NCBI GenBank assembly: GCA_051942205.1
Contig: JAVECO010000011.1
Coordinates: forward strand, 62,001 to 126,000
DNA from: Coniocarpon cinnabarinum
Taxonomy: Eukaryota
DNA: 64,000 nucleotides
Direction of reading: 5' to 3'
Both the position numbers and the translations under genes were made by a program. This document shows positions 60,065 to 64,000 of the stretch, piece after piece (the stretch's first letter is position 1; each line of letters begins with the position of its first letter). The notes under the pieces are model-generated. The model worked only from the letters and a program-made list of their open reading frames with translations, was not told the origin of the DNA and made no database searches.

Positions 60065-61132
60065 ATGCCTACCACCGTGTTTGAACCCCTCCAGAACCTC
60101 AACCACCTCAGAGAACAGTTTGATAGAGTTCCGACGTACCTTTTTCGAACTTGGGCGCCAGCTACTGGCGGGTTGAACACGAATGATGGGTTCGCCTCAG
60201 TCGCTTGTCAGAACAAACGCAGTCATTTCGACATTCTAGCTCGTCCCGCCAAGGAAGCAGCAACAATGTTATACAGACACACACGTTGGTTGAGAAACGA
60301 CTCGGACAATCTCGTGTCGTGGACAAGTTCTTTCTTCCACGCTGTACAACTCGCCATCTACAGGCAGTACACAGACAATGACCGTCCATCTGCGGATTCA
60401 ATTCACATCACCATCATTAACACCAAGAGAACTCTCCCTGGATCATTTTTGCCATCTGTTGAGTTGCTGAGAGAGTATGGCGAGCTTGATTATGCCAGGT
60501 TGGAGCACGGCTGGTGGGTCTCCGAGTATCTATCACAAGGCAGAATAGGATTCCACTCCGATCCTGTGGCTGTAGTCGGCACTGTGACATTGCAGACGCT
60601 CATCGGCCATGGTCTGTACGAGCTGTACCCAGCATTTGCGGACGAATCGCACAGAGGCAGACTTCCTCACCGCGTGCTAGAGCTCCGACGGCCATTCACT
60701 GACCACCCAAAGCCTCCTACCAACGAGGAATGCCGCCTTGTCACACGCATCGTGAATGGATGTTCCTTGACGAGTGAGCATTCGATCGTCTTGACAGTGA
60801 CACTGTTATCGCTCAAGCCTCGGCCACGCCTTCATCCTGGGATGCTGAGCTATTTTCACGCAAACCATAAGCTTGGTAAGTGTCTCTTCACAATAACCAT
60901 AGCTGACCACTGACGCGATCTGGCAGCAACCGCCATTGAAAAGGTCAACATCGACAGCTTTGCCAATACGTCAGAAGTGGTCCCAGAGCACGGTCAATTT
61001 GTCGAGACTATGAATGACATGTACGCAGTTGGCCAACAACATATGTGGAAGGAAGCGGAGGCTAGAAAAGAAGGAACGGTTGCTCCTAATGCTTTGGCAA
61101 TGGACTTGCAGAATTTGGCTCTTGGTACTTGA
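60065..61132 (+). CDS. Fungal ADP-ribosyltransferase-fold-like protein (DUF7587-like)
   Basis: VPTYLFR...LVSWTSS...SEYLSQG gives an R-S-E pattern; intron 60876-60926 extends the ORF to TGA 61130-61132. Confidence 0.65.
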
Positions 61133-62130
61133 TGCCGTATAATGATAGAGCAGGCGTGAGAGTACAATGCCTGTGTGTCCGAGTAGAAGATTTAATATTA
61201 GTCATTTAATTTGGCTCATTAATCCATAGTGCAAGTCAAGATCTTCAGTATTTTCTCGAGGAGTCAGACTGAGCCATGATTACGTAAGCCTTTTGGATTA
61301 CTGGCGACACTAGCGTCACCTCAATGAGGTGACGCTCCATCCCCTAGATTGCATTCTTTTTTCCACGATCTTAAGATCAAGCATCTTCTAAGAGAAGCGT
61401 CCCGAACATCGAATACTAGAGACTTCAGTCTTGTTGCTAAGATCGATGCTACTTCAGAACACTTCCATGTGCTTCAGACCTACCTGCACGCGAGAACGTA
61501 GGTTTCTTTTGCTAAATGCAAATCCGCACACGGAGTGGGAAAGCATGATCACAATTGCTCATAATACCCTCGCTGAAGCACGTAATGTAGGCAGCATCGA
61601 GCTTCCAGAATCAGGCACAGACAGGTCTCCACGAGCATTTGACCATGCGCTCCTGAAGCTTGAAGCCAATCCCGGTCAAGTTCGGACGCTATGCGCAAAT
61701 GCAAGCACCACGATCCTTGCAGCTGATCTCAATGGCATTTTGGAAAGGCTGATAGTTGCATTAGACTGAGGCAGAATCTGACTAGCATTAGTCGCTGCCG
61801 AGGGGGGCGTAGCGGTCTCTTCAAATTGAAATCGAAGATCACGTGCATGTAACCTGGGGGTTCTTTCTTAGTGCATGCAGCCTCGAAAGAGGTTTTGCCT
61901 ATTTGCCTGTACGCACACCGCCCTAGATGTAAGACTGATTTGTGATCTAACATGCATCTACTGCAACACGTGCACTGCAGGGAGATGCAACGCTCTTCCC
62001 TGCCAAACCGCGCAATTTCTCGAGAAGACTGCCAGTGGCAGTAGCTAGTTCTGCGATGAGGCTCAGACCACACATTCAGTAACTCATCTGCTTCAGCAGC
62101 TTCAGCCTACCCAGAATTCATCAGCCACAG

Positions 62131-63034
62131 ATGGAGAACATGAGTGATTTAAGGTACCTTGAGGTTGATGTCCCTGAGGGGTTTGAGCCAATGACTCAGC
62201 CTACCAAGAGTCAAAACCGACTGCGCAATGACAGGATCCAAATCCTTCCAGTGGAGCAGCGGGATCTCGTCGAGGTGGTGAGTATGCCAATGACTGATAC
62301 CAGTCGGACCTTAGTAAAAACAATTGTGTCCGCTCATCCGGATGTTTACTTAGGCTAAACTGATCTACGACGCATTTCCGCCTGTATTCTGGGATGAGAT
62401 CGAGGATGTGTCAAAGCGACCTCCACTGGCTGGACGCTGTAAGCTCCTCGCCAAGCATCTATCGCCGGTATTGCAAACGGCCGGCTACCATGTCATCAAA
62501 GCTGTGGACGCCGACACCCAGAACATCATGGGCACAGCAGTCTGGATGGAAAACGGACAACATTCCGGCTTTCCCACATCTTTCGGAGGACTTCCGGAGG
62601 TGACTTTTCCGACGCATTTCGTGCCAACGACACTTCGTGACGATCTGATTGGCCCACTTGCGTGGGACAGAAAAATGAAATGGTCCCAGGGGGAGGTCAA
62701 AGAAATGTATGCGCACCACACACCAGCGTGGACAGAGGAGTTGCGAGGTTACGACATTGGCCGCGTGAAGGAGATGGGAGACCGTCCGCATTGGTACTTA
62801 GCACCGTTGTGTGTAAAGAAAGAGTATCGGGCGATGGGTGTGGGAAAGGCGCTGATGAGTTACGGATTGGACAAGGCGGATATGGCCGATCCACCGCTTC
62901 ACTGCGTGCTTGAGACTTTGCCTAATGTCCGTCCTGTGTACTATCATTTGGGATTTGTACCGACAGCTGAGCACGGAACATACAAGGACACGCAGCTGGT
63001 GAGACCACCGAAAGGGCATCTCGGCAAGTTTTGA
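62131..63034 (+). CDS. GNAT-family N-acetyltransferase
   Basis: HWYLAPLCVKKEYRAMGVGKALM (motif A) and VYYHLGF; intron 62278-62353. Confidence 0.88.
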
Positions 63035-64000
63035 AGCCTCTCAGTGGCTACCCCTTTCCAGTCAAGAACTCCCCATGCTTGAGAAATTCTGCAGCGGTCA
63101 TTGCTGCCGCGGTAGCAAGCATGATACATCCAGTGAATATCCAGGAGTTAAAGAGCGCTTTAGACGCAGAAAGGCACAACGAGATTCGAAAAGCCTACTA
63201 TCGGTTTATCTTGTATTCAAAAGCCTCTTTAATATTTCAATCGCGTGGGACTACTGGATCAACGACTAAAAAGGACAAAATTTACGTCCACGGCTGTTTT
63301 TGCAAGGGCAAGGCATGGCATTCGCCCCAACCTGAATAGAGTCTCCCCCCGCATGAAAATATACGGGCTAGCGTCCTGGCCATCAACAGGATTCTTGCCT
63401 CGAGCGACCTTGACCGCCTTTCAAAAATAAAAGTAGTCAGTTCGTGTCTTTTTAGCCGCGACTAAAGTCTATCATCCCGGCCGAGCTTGACTGATCTCGG
63501 TTACTGAAATACGTTTTGCGCTGCAATGACTACTCTGCTAGACTGGATGTCCCTTTGAGACCTTGCTCGAGGACAGGTGCTTTCACTGATCAAGGAAGAT
63601 CAAACGAGTCAGAATTAGCCGATACGCAAGATATTACGCTCCGACTGCGAAATTTGGTCCTGCCTTCGCATGCTGCGTTCGTCGAACTCGCTCTAGACGA
63701 TGGCGTCATGACCTGAGATAAGTTATGTATGTGATTGCCGTAGTTTGCGACGCGCCGAGCTTCGGAGTGCCTCCTGCAGCAATATTCAAACGTGTGAGGG
63801 ATCATGGAGCTGCGATATCAGCGCTAGCAATGTCTTGGACTTATGCTACACCGCTTGTGGACCAGTCATTTCGATGGAACTGGGTAAGGATTCTGTATCC
63901 CTTGCATCCCTTGCATCTATGCCTTCCCCTTCATTGTCCTCATCGTCGAAACATGGCCCATCGTTTGGTACAGACAGATGATCTGCTGGTGCAAAGGCAC

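Noticed and set aside
53288..61132. NMA111, AOX and the ART-like gene as a cell-death or stress cluster
   Set aside because: No shared motifs or other evidence of functional linkage.

Overview
Gene-dense window from a filamentous ascomycete (Pezizomycotina-like) genome, judged from short GT-AG introns with CTRAC-type branch sites and fungal gene families. It holds about 27 protein-coding loci. Most are conserved genes: a TBC Rab-GAP, a Fus1-like SH3 membrane protein, Yippee, REV1, FPR4, ODC antizyme (+1 frameshift), allantoicase, a DIL/ankyrin protein, Kar9, RPL27, a secreted tyrosinase, Ssr4, a SET protein, a GPI wall protein, NMA111, alternative oxidase and a GNAT. The main candidate for a new system is a divergent gene pair at 3949-5871. 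One gene is a HeLo-like putative cell-death effector ending in a two-repeat, HET-s-like amyloid-type domain. The other is a small tail-anchored membrane protein carrying one copy of the same motif, where an NLR would normally be expected as the trigger. Other notable items are a possible zero-nucleotide exon (recursive splice site) in allantoicase, a membrane-protein gene broken by a single UAG, and an ART-fold toxin-like gene. No rRNA, tRNA, CRISPR array or intact transposon was recognised. All calls are by eye; no database searches were run.
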